Below are positions 1 to 11,834 of a stretch of DNA of 64,000 nucleotides, piece by piece; the stretch's first letter is position 1; each line of letters opens with the position of its first letter. Origin of the DNA: Scyliorhinus canicula (lineage: Eukaryota); contig NC_052174.1 of NCBI RefSeq assembly GCF_902713615.1, forward strand, positions 11,898,514 through 11,962,513, given 5' to 3'. The notes beneath the pieces are model-generated. The model saw nothing but the letters and a program-made list of their open reading frames with translations, was not told the origin of the DNA and ran no database searches. The position numbers and the translations under genes are program-made.

Positions 1-271
1 CTTTATGCGAGTTTCAGCATCAAGAATTAAAACGAGAATGGGCTTGCTACGAACACAAGCATATCCATTGTCTGATTCGCTTAACTAAGGCTCAGTGCAT
101 TGACCCAGTGATCCAGTATGTGAACCAGTGGGTTGGGTAAAGCGACCTGATTCGTGAGCAACCCCACCATTGTACAGAGCGTAGTAAAACCTTTGCACAA
201 CACAACAGACCCAGATCAGTCAACATCATAAGTTGTTATTTGTTGCCTCGGTGATTTGTTGAACAATGTAC

Positions 272-367
272 CTTTTTTTCCCATTCTTTCTTTGTTTCTT
301 TGTTCTCGATCGGGCAAAGGCCGCTCAGCAGCAGGAGTGCCGATTACATTAGTGTGCCAAGATTCAC
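272..367 (-). CDS. Probable next exon of the CARD gene (GESWHTNVIGTPAAERPLPDREQRNKERMGKK)
   Basis: Acceptor actcctcattcag at 368 is phase-1 compatible with the CARD exon. 96-nt open exon, donor AG|GTACAT at 271. Without splicing the frame runs to a stop at 216. Confidence 0.5.
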
Positions 368-3300
368 CTGAATGAGGAGTACAAGCAGTTCTTGTAAATT
401 GTACAATGCATTGAAATGGAGCTACTTCCCCAGGAAGTAAGGAATATCGGAACAGGAGGAGACCATTTACCCGTCTAGCCTGTTCTACCATTCAGTGGGG
501 TAATGGCTCATGCAGCGTAACTTCATATACCTTGAACTAAGAAACAATAAAAACTGGGAAAAAGGACACTGGTCTGAACTGGTCGTGTATACCTTAAATG
601 GAACACCAGTATAACTGGGAAATAAGGGGCGGGATTCTCCGACCTCCTGCTGGGTTGGAGAATCGGGGGGGGGGGGGGGGGGGGCATGACTCCCGCTCCA
701 ACGCCGGTTGCCGAATTCTTTGGCGCCAGTTTTTTGGCGGGGGCGGGGATCGCGTCAAGCCGGTAGGGGGCCGTTGGCAGTGGCTCCCCCTGGCGGTTCT
801 CCAGGCCCTGATGGGCCAAGCGGCCACCCGTTTGTGGCTAGCCCCGCCAGTGTGAAATACGCAAGGCCTATACCGGCGGGACCTGGCTCTGAGTGCGGCC
901 TGCGGAGTCCTCGGGGGGGGGGGGGGGGGGTCGCGGGGAGATCCAGCCCCGGGGGGGGGGGGGAGGGCCCCATTGTGGCCTGGCCTGCGATCGGGGCCCA
1001 CCAATCTGCGGGCACGCCTCTGCTGTGGGGCACTCTTTCCCTCCGCGCCGGCCCCTGTAAGGCTCCGCCATGTCCGGCGCGGAAAAGGACAAGAGTGGTC
1101 CTCAGGTGAAGGTGTTAGACTGGGGGACAGTGCAGCAATAGGCAGGATCTGGAGAGTGTTGACTGGGCGAGGCTGCTTGAGGGAAAATCAACACCCGGCA
1201 TGTGGGAGGCTTTCAAATGTCAGTTGATTAGAATTCAGGACCGGCATGTACCTGTGAGGACGAAAGATAAGGGTGACAAGTATGGGGAACCCTGGATAAC
1301 GAGGGATATTATGAATCTTGTCAAAAAGAAAAAGGAAGCATTCGTAAGGTCTAAAAGGCTTAGGACAGATGAAGCCCTTGAAGAATATAAAGCAAGTAGG
1401 AAGGAACTTAAGATAAGAGCTAGGAAGGCTAAAAGTGGTCATGAAATGCCATTGACAAAATCCTACGGTGTTTTATACATATGTAAAGAGCAATAGGGTA
1501 GCCAGAGAAAGGGTTAGTCCACTCAAGGATATTGGAGGGAATCTATGTATGGAACCAGAGGAAATGGGCGAGATACTAAATTAATTCTTTGCCTCAGTAT
1601 TCATCAAAGAGAAGGGCTTCGTGGATGAGGAGTATAGGGTAGAGTGTGTATATATTCTGAGTCATGTTGATATTAATAAAGAGGAGGTGTTGGGCTACTT
1701 AAAAAGCATTAAAGTAGATATGTTCCCAGGGCCTGATGAGATCTATCCCAGAATGCTGCAGAAATTGCTGCGGCCTTGACAGTAATCTTTGTATTCTCAT
1801 TGGCTGCAGGTGAAGTTCCAGAAGACTGGAGAGTAGCCAATGTTGTTCCATTGTTGAAGAAGTGCAGCAGGGATTATCCAGGAAATTATAGGCCAATGAG
1901 CCTTAGGTCAGTGGTAGGGAAATTATTGGAAAAGATTCTTAGAGACAGGATTTACTCACATTTGGAAACAAATGGACTTATTAGTGATGGACAGCATGAC
2001 TTTGTGAAGGGGAGGCGTGCCTCACTAGTTTGATTGAGTTTTTTGAGGAAGTGGCAATGATGATAGATGAGGAAAAGGCAGTCAATGTTGTCTCCATGGA
2101 CTTCAGTAAAGCCTTTGACAAGGTACCTCATGGTAGAATGGTTCAAAAGGTGAAGTCACATGGGCTCAGAGGAGAGCTGGCAAGTTGGATATAGAACTGG
2201 CTTGTTCTATAGAAGCCAGAAGACCGAGGGTAGCAGTAGAAGGGTGCTTTTCTGAATGGAAGCTGTGATTAGCGGCGTTCCACAGGGGTCAGTTCTGGGA
2301 CCTTTGTTGTTTGTGGTGTATATAAATAATTTGGAAGAAAATGTAGCTGGTCTGATTAGTAAGTTCGCAGACGACACAAAAATTGGTGGAGTTGAGGATT
2401 GTCAGAGGATACAGCGGGATACAAACTGGTTGGAGCCTAGGGCGGAGAAATGGCAGATGGAGTTTAATCTGGACAAGTGTGAGGTAATGCACTTTGGAAG
2501 GTCCAATGCATGTAGGAATTACACAGTAAATGGGAGAACTCTTGTGAGTACTGACAGGCAGAGAGATCTGGGCGTGCATGTCCACTGATCACTGAAAGTG
2601 GCAACGCATGTGGATAAGGTGGTCAAGAAGGCATATGGCATGCTCGCCTTCATTAGTCGGGCATTGAATATAAAAATTGGCAAGTCATATTGCAGCTATA
2701 CAGTACCTTAGTCAGGCCTCATTTGGAATAGTGTGTATAATTCTGGTCGCCACACTACCAAAAGGATGTGAATGCTTTGGAGAAGGTACAAAAGCGGTTT
2801 ACTAGGATGTTGCCTAGTATGGAGGGCATTAGCTGTGAGGAGAGGTTTGATAAACTCGGTCTGTTCTCACTGGAATGAAGGAGGTTGAGAGGTGACCTGA
2901 TAGAGGTCTACAAGATTATGAGTGGCATGGACAGAGTGGATAGTCAGATGCTCTTTCCTAGGGTAGGAGAGTCAAGTACTAGGGGACATAGGTTTAAAGT
3001 GCACGGGGAAACGTTTAGAACAAATGTACGAGGCAAGTTTTTTTACACAGGGTGGTAAATATATGGAACGCACTGCCTGGGGAGGTGGTGGGCATTTAAG
3101 GGACATGTAGACAAATCTATGAATGGGGTGGGAATGGAAGGATAAGGATTCCGTAAGTGCAGACGGTTTTAGTTTAGGCAGGTACCATGGTCAGTGCAGG
3201 CTTGGAGGGCCGAAGGGCCTGTTCCTGTGCTGTATTGTTCTTTGTTCTGTTCTTTGGTTTTTCTTTGTTCAGAGCCACAGGAGAGTGATGGCAGGAGGTG

Positions 3301-3966
3301 TGTTGTGGGGGGTTGGGAGGGGATAGGGGTTAGCAGTAAGGGCAGGGGGATGGTTCTCAGCAAGTTCCTCCCCGTTCCGATGCCAGAGTCCTCAATCAAG
3401 AACTGAGTGCCTTTGGACGTAGGGCACATCACTCTGGGAATCTACAAGAAACCCCATACGGGTTTGCTTGTCATGCCCCCCATATGGCAGCTCCTCGTCC
3501 ACATCTGGTATAATAGCAAGTTTCTGTAGAGGTGGGAAGTGGTCAGGGTCCCCTCCTGCCTGATGAAATGCACTCTGCCAATAAATGTGCCACTAGGAAG
3601 GACACAAGCTCTCACTGTAATCTTGCAATCGAATTGTTAAGTTAGTAAATGAAAACACTTGCCTCTTGTTGCAGGATTAAAGTCAGACAGTACATCATCC
3701 AATCCCGGGAGTTCACTCCGTAAGCTTTGCAGAACCCCGAGAAAGTTCTCACAACTTTCCTCTCCCTTCTCAATCACAACGTTTATGAGTTTTCTGATTT
3801 TTGCCATGGGGTCGGCGATCCCATCTATCTGATTGTACTCATCACTTGTGATGATAAGTGTCGCATCCAACTCATCAAGGATGATGTTTGGTCGTTCTTG
3901 AAGAACGTTCATGAGCTTTCTACGCATTTTACGTACGATCTCTGACGGACTGTGTTCTCCAGCCAT
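272..3966 (-). CDS. CARD6: CARD6-like (CARD + probable URGCP/VLIG-type) gene, 5' portion; probably continues beyond the left edge
   Basis: Coding exons 3663-3966 and probably 272-367. MAGEHSPSEIVRKMRRKLMNVLQERPNIILDEL...EYNQID...KIRKLINVVIEKGEESCENFLGVL resembles the CARD6 N-terminus as I recall it (MATESTPSEII..ERKKLLEILQHDPDSILDTL..KKGEATCQHFL). Orthology not tested. Confidence 0.7.
627..1085. mobile_element. GC-rich MITE (Harbinger-like), truncated
   Basis: Left TIR GGGCGGGATTCTCC with subterminal GGAGAATCG; internal similarity to 50917-51614. Confidence 0.65.
1105..3255 (+). mobile_element. CR1-clade LINE (HER1-like), 5'-truncated and degenerate
   Basis: ORF2 fragments PGNYRPMSL, GVPQGSVLGP, KFADDTK, broken by stops and frameshifts; 3' tail GGGCCGAAGGGCCTGT..(TGTTCT)n. 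Confidence 0.92.
3663..3966 (-). CDS. CARD-domain exon (101 codons + 1 nt)
   Basis: Acceptor ttccttgtag at 3988, ATG at 3966 (AGAATGG), CARD helix pattern, phase-1 donor AG|GCAAGT at 3662. Confidence 0.85.
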
Positions 3967-4709
3967 TCTCCAGCCAAATAGCAACACCTACAAGGAAATG
4001 CAACGTGATTAGCTGAACAGCCATTATATTTTGAAAGGATGTAACTTGGAAACATTCTGTGTTGCATTCGTATCTGTTATGATATTGTAAAATCTGATTC
4101 CTAGCCACAGATTCAGAATAATATTCCCATAGTGCCAGTGACAAATAATAAATTAGTACCATTTGAACTGTGATTTATAAATATATAGATATATATATAT
4201 ATATTAATGTGATGTGGACATCACAGGCAAGGCCAGAATTTATTGCCCATCCCTAATCTCTCTTGAAAAGGCAATACTGAGCCACCTTCTTGAACCGCAG
4301 TTCGTAATCTGTCAATGCCCACTGCTCTGGAGCTGGGCAGCACGCAAGCTTGATTGTAGCTTTGGAGCGAACAAAAGTTTGCAGTGCTGGCTGCCTAAGC
4401 ACTCAACTGGGGGGGGGGGGGGGGGGGTGAGCGGCTTTCGCGGAGAGAGCTCATGTTAGAGACAGCCAGCTCTGCTCTTCTTAACGGCAGTCTGTCCCAC
4501 TTACAGTATAGTGACAGTACAGTGCTCCTGATAAATTTCACTTACAGGTAAAGTGTCTCAAACCTGGCTATTGGAAAACCAGTGAGACCTGAAAAATGGG
4601 AATTTTTTAGCCGGCTTATAACCTGCGTGGCTTTGGTTGCTGGCTGACATCTTTGGTCTATTTGTGTAGCTGGGAAATCCTTGGAGCTGCACCAATTTGG
4701 CTCCAGCTC

Positions 4710-5592
4710 CATTTGGCTCCAACTCCATCTACAGGTTTGCTGATGACACGACCGTAGTGGATCAGATCTTGAACAACAATGAGTCGGAGTATAGGAGGGA
4801 GATAGCGAACCTAGTGGAGTGGTGCAACAACAACAATCTCTCCCTCAACGACAGCAAAACTAAAGAGCTGGTCATTGACTTCAGGAATTGATACACCCCT
4901 GTTTGTGGAGGTAGAGATAGTTAACAGTTTCAAATTTCTAGGTGTGCACATCACCAACAATCTGTCCTGGTCCACCCATGTTGACGCTACGACCAAGAAA
5001 GCACAACAGCACCGATACTTCCTTAGGAGATTAAGGAAATTCGGCATGTCCACATTGACTGTTACCAATTTTTACAGATACACCATAGAAAGCATCCTAT
5101 CGGCCTGCATCACAGCCTGGAATGGCAACTGTTTGGCCCAAGACCGCAAGAAACTACAGAGAGTCGTGAACACAGCCCAGTCCATCACACGAACCTGCCT
5201 CCCATCCATTGACTCCATCTACACCTCCCGCTGCCTTGGGAAAGTGGACAGCATAATCAAGGACCCCTCCCAACCAGGATATTCTCTCTTCCAACTTCTT
5301 CCATAGGGCAGGAGATACAAAACCCTGAGAACACGCGCTGACAGATTTAAAAACAGCTCCTTCCCCGCTGTTACCAGACTACTAAACGACCCACTTATGG
5401 ACTGAACTGATCTCTCCGCACATCTTCTTTACTGAGTAGTAATGCATTCTGTATGCTTCACCCAAAGTCAATGTACTTACATTGTGCATCTATCGTATTT
5501 TTTAATGTATGGAACTATCTATCTGGACTGTACGCAGAACAATACTTTTCACTGTACCTTGGTACACATGATAATAAATCAAATCCAAATCC
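4710..5592 (+). mobile_element. Rex1/Babar-type LINE 3' fragment
   Basis: RFADDTTVV..NNESEYRREI..WC..NNLSLN..KTKELVIDFR; KAQQ.RYFLRRLRKFG; tail AATAAATCAAATCCAAATCC. Confidence 0.85.
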
Positions 5593-6029
5593 AACAGACT
5601 TTCATTGCAGAGCAGCAGGAACTTATACACATGCAAAACAGCTTCTGCCATGTTTCCGGCAAAGTCATATTGGTCCAAAGAATTTTGTAGATTATCTTGC
5701 AGCATTGCCTCTACTTATTTTGAAACTGCTCTTTGGAATCCTTGCTTAAAAAAAACACCCCTCAATATTCAAAGGCAATTAGGATGGGCAATAAATGGCT
5801 TGCCTGTCCAGTGACACCCACACTCCAGGAATGAATAAATACCCAATCCTATCCAACCCAAACCACCTCTCCTCAGAGCAGGGAAGATCCAAAATCTGGC
5901 ACAGACTCAGCCCCAAAGTTCCCAGTTTTGAGACACTGGGCTTGTACAGTACTGCACGTACTGCAATTCTAACACAATGAAGATAGAAACTGGTGAATCA
6001 CAGTCCGTATAATTCACACTTATTATATA

Positions 6030-6267
6030 TGATGTACTGTGTCTGTGTAAACTCGTTATACGAGCAGTTGCGCGGCTCTGCCCCTAGGGGGAGATGAGGA
6101 GTTTGTACTTGGCTCCGCCCATGGCTCCTCCCACTAACCGGAAGTATAAAGCCTGGCAGTCTGAGCCTGTCTGCCAGTTCATCTTGGCACAGGCAGGCTC
6201 CATTGTAAGATCATTAAAACCACTGTTCACTTCCAACTACGTGTCGTGTGAATTGATGATCACATCA
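6030..6267 (+). mobile_element. Small solo-LTR-like element
   Basis: TGATGT...ACATCA ends, internal TATAAA and ATTAAA; no TSD found. Confidence 0.4.
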
Positions 6268-6419
6268 GAAACATCACGGCAGAAAGAGAGAGCTGGTTCA
6301 CTGATGCAGACCTGTCATACAGTGCAGAGGAGGCCCTTTGGCTGTACCGATAAAACTACACCAAATATACATTAATCGTGCTTTCCAGCACTTGTGACAT
6401 TTCAATCATCCACATACAT

Positions 6420-6766
6420 AGAACATAGAAGAACATAGAACAGTACAGCACAGAACAGGCCCTTCGGCCCTCAATGTTGTGCCGAGCCATGATCACCCTA
6501 CTCAAACCCACGTATCCGCCCTATACCCGTAACCCAACAACCCCCCCCTTAACCTTACTTTAATTAGGACACTACGGGCAATTTAGCATGGCCAATCCAC
6601 CTAACCCGCACATCTTTAGACTGTGGGAGGAAACCGGAGCACCCGGAGGAAACCCACGCACACAGGGGGAGGACGTGCAGACTCCACACAGACAGTGACC
6701 CAGCCGAGAATCGAACCTGGGACCCTGGAGCTGTGAAGCATTTATGCTAACCACCATGCTACCCTG
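6420..6766 (-). mobile_element. HE1-type tRNA-derived SINE
   Basis: A/B-box head (GTGGTTAGC..GGTTCGATTC), conserved core, HER1-type tail. Confidence 0.9.
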
Positions 6767-6769
6767 CTG

Positions 6770-7195
6770 CCTGTATAAGGTTTTCTGCCTCTATTACCCT
6801 CCCAGACAGTGCATTTCAGATTTTTACCACCGTCTGGGCAAAAAGGTTTTTTTCTCAAATTCCCCCGAAACCTCCTGGCCCTCACCTTTAAATTATGCCC
6901 GCCCCGTTATTGATCCTTCAATTAAGGGGAACAGCTGCTTCCTATCCACCCAGGCCATACCCTTCATAATCTTATACACCTTAATCAGGTCCCCTCTCAG
7001 CCATCTCTGCTCTAAGGAACACAACCCCGGCCTATCCAGCCTCTCCTCATAGCTGAGACGCTCCAGCTCAGCCAGCATCCTGGTGAATCTCCTCTGCACC
7101 TCCTCCAGCGCAATCACATCCTTCCTATAGAGTGGTAACAGGAACTGAACACAATACCCCAGCTGTGGCCTAACCCAAGTTTTGTACCGCTCCAA
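6770..7195 (-). mobile_element. CR1 LINE 3' fragment
   Basis: VRPQLGYCVQF..VQRRFTRM..SYEERL..LRGDLI. Confidence 0.85.
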
Positions 7196-7920
7196 CGTAA
7201 CCTCCCCATTCTGAGGTTATTAACTTGACCGTGGATTTACTGAACGATGTACAATAGTCTGCCCAAGGCAGACACTCTCTCCCAATCCAGTCCTTGTTGG
7301 GATAACCAACAACTCTGGGCCCCGCTCGGGCCGGCTTTATACGCACGTCTAACAAGCTCCAGCTGTGTGGCCTCTGCCTCCCGTCATCCTACCTGGGAAG
7401 CTCTTACTCCACAAGTCTCACGGGGTGCTCGACTGGTTTTCCCGTGAGGGTTATGACACTGAGCAATCTGTTGGAGAAAACAAATTGCCTCACATGAACC
7501 ATTTGATCCATTGGTGGTTTGAATTCTGTTATCTCTGTTCCTGGTCTCTGATTAAACACAGCCACATTACAGAGGATTACATCGAGCGCACGGTGTAGAA
7601 AGAGGCTATTTGGTGTAACCCGTCCAAACTGACATTTATGCTTCACTCGAGCCTTCTTCTAATTGTACCAGTGTAACCCTGTGTTCTGTCTCTAATTATC
7701 ATTCACGTTTGTTAACCTTACCAGGAGTGAGTTTACTGTCATTACTGAACAAGTATAGCAGCAGCTCACCATTAAAATATCCTGACAGCTGCTTCAGTCA
7801 CAGTGACAAATCACTAAACAAATTTACAAATCTTTGTGAGATTTCCACCTCGCTGACGCCACTAAAATGAAATTCATTGATTTTAACTAGAACCAGTAGT
7901 TCAGTAGAGAAAAATCAGGG

Positions 7921-8048
7921 ACTCACCTAAACCGTCTCAGCTGGAATGATTAGTATTTGCACAACAGCTTATATAGTTTACCTAGGACCCGCCCATCACA
8001 TGTCAGCTTCACACATGCTTTCCAGTAAATATTATAGTTTCCGTTTCA
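7921..8048 (-). promoter_or_regulatory. Candidate promoter and non-coding first exon of the CARD gene, with ISRE
   Basis: On the minus strand, in order: ISRE GAAACGGAAACT (AGTTTCCGTTTC 8036-8047), E-box CACATG ~7997, GC box 7988-7994, TATATAA 7969-7975, donor AG|GTGAGT at 7926. Confidence 0.5.
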
Positions 8049-8049
8049 T

Positions 8050-8269
8050 TTTTCCCCCAGAACATTTAAAGTACCCAATTCATTATTTTTAAGGGACAAT
8101 TTAGCCTGGCCAATACACCTATCCTGCACAGCTTTGGGTTTGTGGGGGTGAGGCCCACACAGACATGGGGCGAATGTGCAAACACGGATGGTGACCCAGG
8201 GCGGGGGTCGAACCCGGACCCATGGAGCCGTGAGGCAGCAGTGTTGACCACTGTGCCACCACGCCACCC
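8050..8269 (-). mobile_element. Short SINE (HE1-like head, TTGGGTACT tail type)
   Basis: Same head and core as HE1; tail as in 25236-25440. Confidence 0.8.
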
Positions 8270-8272
8270 ATA

Positions 8273-8970
8273 GGGCGTGATTCTCCGCACCCCACGCCGG
8301 TGGGGAGAATCGCGGGAGGGCCGGGCGAATCACACCGCCCTGGCACCCCCCCCCCCCCCCCCCGCGATTCTTCCACCCTCCCCCCCCCCAAAATGGCGTG
8401 TCGCGTTTTTCGACAGGCCGCTCGGAGAATCGCAGTTTCTCACGGCGACCGGCGATTCTCCGGCCCGGATGGGCTGAGCTTCCTGCCGAACCCGACCAGT
8501 TCACGCTGGCGCCAACCACACCTGGTCGCTGCCGGCATGAACAGCGCGCGACCTCTGTGTGGGTGGGCGGAGGGAGGATCAAGCACCACGGACGTGCTCA
8601 GCAGATGTCTGGCCCGCGATCGGTGCCCACCGATCGTCGGGCCGGCGTCTGTAAACGATGCACTCTTTTCCCTCCACTGCCCCGCAAGATCAAGCCGCCA
8701 TGTCTTGTGGGGCAGCGGAGGGGAAGACGACAACTGCGCATGTGCGGCTGACATCACTTAGGTGTCACCAGCCGCGTCATTCCCGGCGCACCGCTTTGAT
8801 GCAAGCGTCAAGGCCCGGTGCCCGAGATCCGAGATTCACGCGCCGCCGCTCCTAGCCCCCTGGGGGGGGGGGAGGATAGGGGGCGAGGAGTGGCCTCCGA
8901 AACCGGAATGAAACACTCCGGGTTTCACTCCGGCGTCGGCTGTTTGTCTCCCGATGGGAGAATTCTGCCG
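8273..8970. mobile_element. GC-rich MITE (Harbinger-like), full length
   Basis: TIRs GGGCGTGATTCTCC / GGAGAATTCTGCCG, ATA on both flanks, CpG-rich, central GCGCATGTGC. Confidence 0.75.
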
Positions 8971-9244
8971 ATAGTTTCTGTTTCAGAAATAGTTGAATAC
9001 TGCCCCCTACTTGCACCCATACCAAAAGATTACTTTATAAACACAATGAGTGGACAATTCCTCAGAGGATGTCTTTCCATAGAACCCCTACAGTGCATTG
9101 AATCTGCATCAACCCTCTGAAAGAGCACCCTACCGAGACCCATATGCCCTATCCCTGTAACTCCACCTAACCTGCACATCTTTGGACAAGGGTAATTTAG
9201 CCTGGCCAATCCACCTAACCTGCATATCTTTGGACTGTGAGAGG

Positions 9245-9983
9245 TATTGTGCCTTCTGAACCACAGTGTGTATTTAACCCGTATACGATGGACAAATGTC
9301 CACACAAGTTGCTTAATACAATAATCGTTTATTATACACACACAAAGTTAATGTTAGTCAATCACACACACACAAGTTGAACTCTAACCTAATACACTAG
9401 AAAGACCTTAACTTCCAGGTGACTGGCAAGTACAGAGCAGATATGGCCTTATCTGTAATCTTGTAGTCTGGCAGTACTGGATGTCTGTTGATGGTTGTCT
9501 GCGTCCTCGTCTCTGGTCCCTCTGTGGATGGTCTTCCTCTTGGCTGGTGGAGGGTCCACTGTTGTTGTTGGTTGTCGAAGCTGCAGTCAAGAGAGCGATT
9601 CTAAGGTGGTGCAGCTCCTTTTTAACCTGCTTGGATTTTTGTGGCCGCTCTCTGGCCACAAAATCAATCAATTGATAGGGCTCGATCACTCTGATCAATC
9701 AAATCTAATCAGGGGCTGCCACATCGATTTTGGGGTGGGCACGCAGTAGCCATGACTGGAAGTGTTGGGGGCAGGGGTTTAGGTGCCGCTGTGTCTGGTA
9801 AACAAGTGTGATTGACAGGATAGATCTATGGTTCCTGGGATGGCCTGGAGATGGTCTTTTTCCTGGGCTGGTAAAAACGTCTGAGCTGCAGCTTTTGTGT
9901 ATCTGCAAGCTGCAGCCTGTCTGTCCCTGACTTTGACCATTTTTCCCAGCGTTCTTTCCGGGAGGCCATTTTAGATGGCCACA
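9245..9983 (-). mobile_element. Solo LTR (739 bp) inserted in a SINE
   Basis: 4-bp TSD GAGG (9241-9244 / 9984-9987); minus-strand start TGTGGCCATCTAAAATGGCC resembles the start of 40491-41413. Confidence 0.7.
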
Positions 9984-10085
9984 GAGGAAACCAGAGCACC
10001 CAGAGGAAACCCACGAAAACACGGGGAGAACGTGCAAACTCCACACAGACAGTGACCCAAAGTTGGAATTGAACCCAGGTCACTG

Positions 10086-10680
10086 GGGCGCGATTCTCCG
10101 CTCCCCACGCCGGGTGGGATAATCGCGGGAGGGCCAGGCGACTCAAGACGCGCCCCCCGCGATTCTCCCATCCCCCGCTCGGAAGAATTGGCACTCGCCG
10201 TTTTTCACGGCGACCGGTGATTCTCCGACCCGGATGGGCCGGGCGGCCTGCCGTTCGCGACCGGTTCACGACGGCGGCAACCACACCGTGCTCGGGAGGG
10301 GACTGGCCTGCGATCGGTGCCCACCGATCATCGGGCCGGCGTCTCAAAGGGACGCACTCTTTCCCCTCCGCTGCCCCGCAAGATCAAGCCACCACGTCTT
10401 GCGGGGCGGCGGAGGAGAAGATGGTAACCGCGCATGCGCGGGTTGGCACCGGCCAACCTACGTATGTGTGGCTGACGTCATTAGGCACGCCAGCCGCATC
10501 ATTCATGGCGTGCCGGGCCTTGACGCCAGCGACAAGGCCCGGCGGCCATGAATAACGGAGCGCCACTTCTAGCGGGTGGGGGTGAATCAGGTGAGAGGAG
10601 CAGCCTCCGAGGCCGTCGTGAACCTCGGCCGAGTTCACTACGGCCTTCTCGATTTTCCACGGGAGCGGTGAATTCCACCC
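10086..10680. mobile_element. GC-rich MITE (same subfamily as 8273-8970)
   Basis: Left TIR GGGCGCGATTCTCC; degenerate right end ..GAATTCCACCC; central CGCGCATGCGCG. Confidence 0.75.
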
Positions 10681-10683
10681 CTA

Positions 10684-11344
10684 GGGCGAGATTCTCCGCA
10701 AATGCGAGAATCGTAAAGGCTGCCGTGGGACAGGCCGTGACCCACGGCAGCCTTCACGCCCACTTCCGGGGCCGATTCTCCCGCCTGGGAGGGGCTAGGA
10801 GCGCGGCCCAGTGCGTCACGGCGGCGTGGCCTTGACGACGGTCGTCAAGGCCGCACGTCAAGCATCACGCTGGTTAACGCAGCCGATAACGTCAGTCGCG
10901 CATGCGCAGGTTGGACAAACCAAACCCGCGCATTCGCAGTTGGCGTCTTTTCCCTCAGCAGCCCCGCAAGACGTGGCGGCTTCATATTGCAGGGCGGCGG
11001 AGGGAAAAGAGTGTGGTTCCGTTACGGACGCGGTGGGCACCGATCGCGGGCCTATGCACCCTTTGGCACAGCCGTGGTACTGCCGTGCCAATCGGGCCCC
11101 CAGATGCCCCAAACGGGTATCTGGCGCCCATTTCACGACGGCAGCAAGCAGGTGTGTTTGCTGCCGTGTTGAAACGGGCGTGAAGACTCGGCCTTGGAGA
11201 ATCGTCGCTCGCCGTAAAAAACGGCGAGCAGCGATTCGTTGGGGGGGGGGGGGGGGGGGGTAAAATGACGGGAGGGCGTGAAAAATATCGGGGGACCCTC
11301 CCGCTATTCTCCCACCCGGCGTGGGGGGGCGGAGAATCGCGCCC
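10684..11344. mobile_element. GC-rich MITE (different interior)
   Basis: TIRs GGGCGAGATTCTCC / GGAGAATCGCGCCC, followed by CTG. Confidence 0.78.
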
Positions 11345-11834
11345 CTGGTGTTTGAGGCAGCTATGCTAACCCATTGAATCTCTGATTCAAGGCCTGTTTT
11401 CCGGGTTAGAGATTCCTGCTGGAGTTGCAATACAAAACGAGGAGAGCCCTTCAGGACTATTAACGTAGCGGATAATTTTTCTCACCTTCAGGGGAATTTA
11501 GATAAAATGACAGCGACTGTCATTTTTGCTGAGATTTGAATCAGTGTAATTCCAGTGGTAGAGAACCTGAGAATGGAATTTCCCGTACACAAACTATCCA
11601 GTGGCTAACTGTGCAAAGATCAGACTTGCATTGATATGGTCCCTCGCACAACTTCTGGGCATCCTCGAACACGTAATGGCCAAAACAAAGGGCTTTGTGG
11701 TGCATTGTTGTAATGTAGAACCCCAAAAGGAGCAATGTGACAGTGAACAGGTTGAGTCAGAGCTGTTCATGACACAGAGGAAGGCCATTCAAATCCATGC
11801 CTACTGTGGAAGTGTAGGTTTCTGGCTAATACAT

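Larger units (their letters stand above)
9078..11373 (-). mobile_element. HE1-type SINE split by a solo LTR and a MITE dimer
   Basis: SINE pieces at 9078-9244, 9984-10085 and 11345-11373 join into one continuous element. Confidence 0.75.

Noticed and set aside
523-1227. Overlapping Pro/Gly/Arg-rich ORFs (also 8046-9120, 9826-11430, 50879-51854, 57412-58108)
   Set aside because: They lie within GC-rich MITEs where stop codons are scarce; no domain or splice support.
1105-3255. Active autonomous retrotransposon
   Set aside because: All LINE and LTR copies in the window are truncated or carry stops and frameshifts; none has a complete RT ORF.
4875-5306. Host gene (DUF1891/ALKBH8-N-like domain)
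   Set aside because: This is the C-terminus of a Rex1/Babar LINE RT, present several times in the window.
6700-6766. tRNA genes at A/B-box motifs
   Set aside because: They are SINE heads followed by SINE core and tail; no complete cloverleaf seen.
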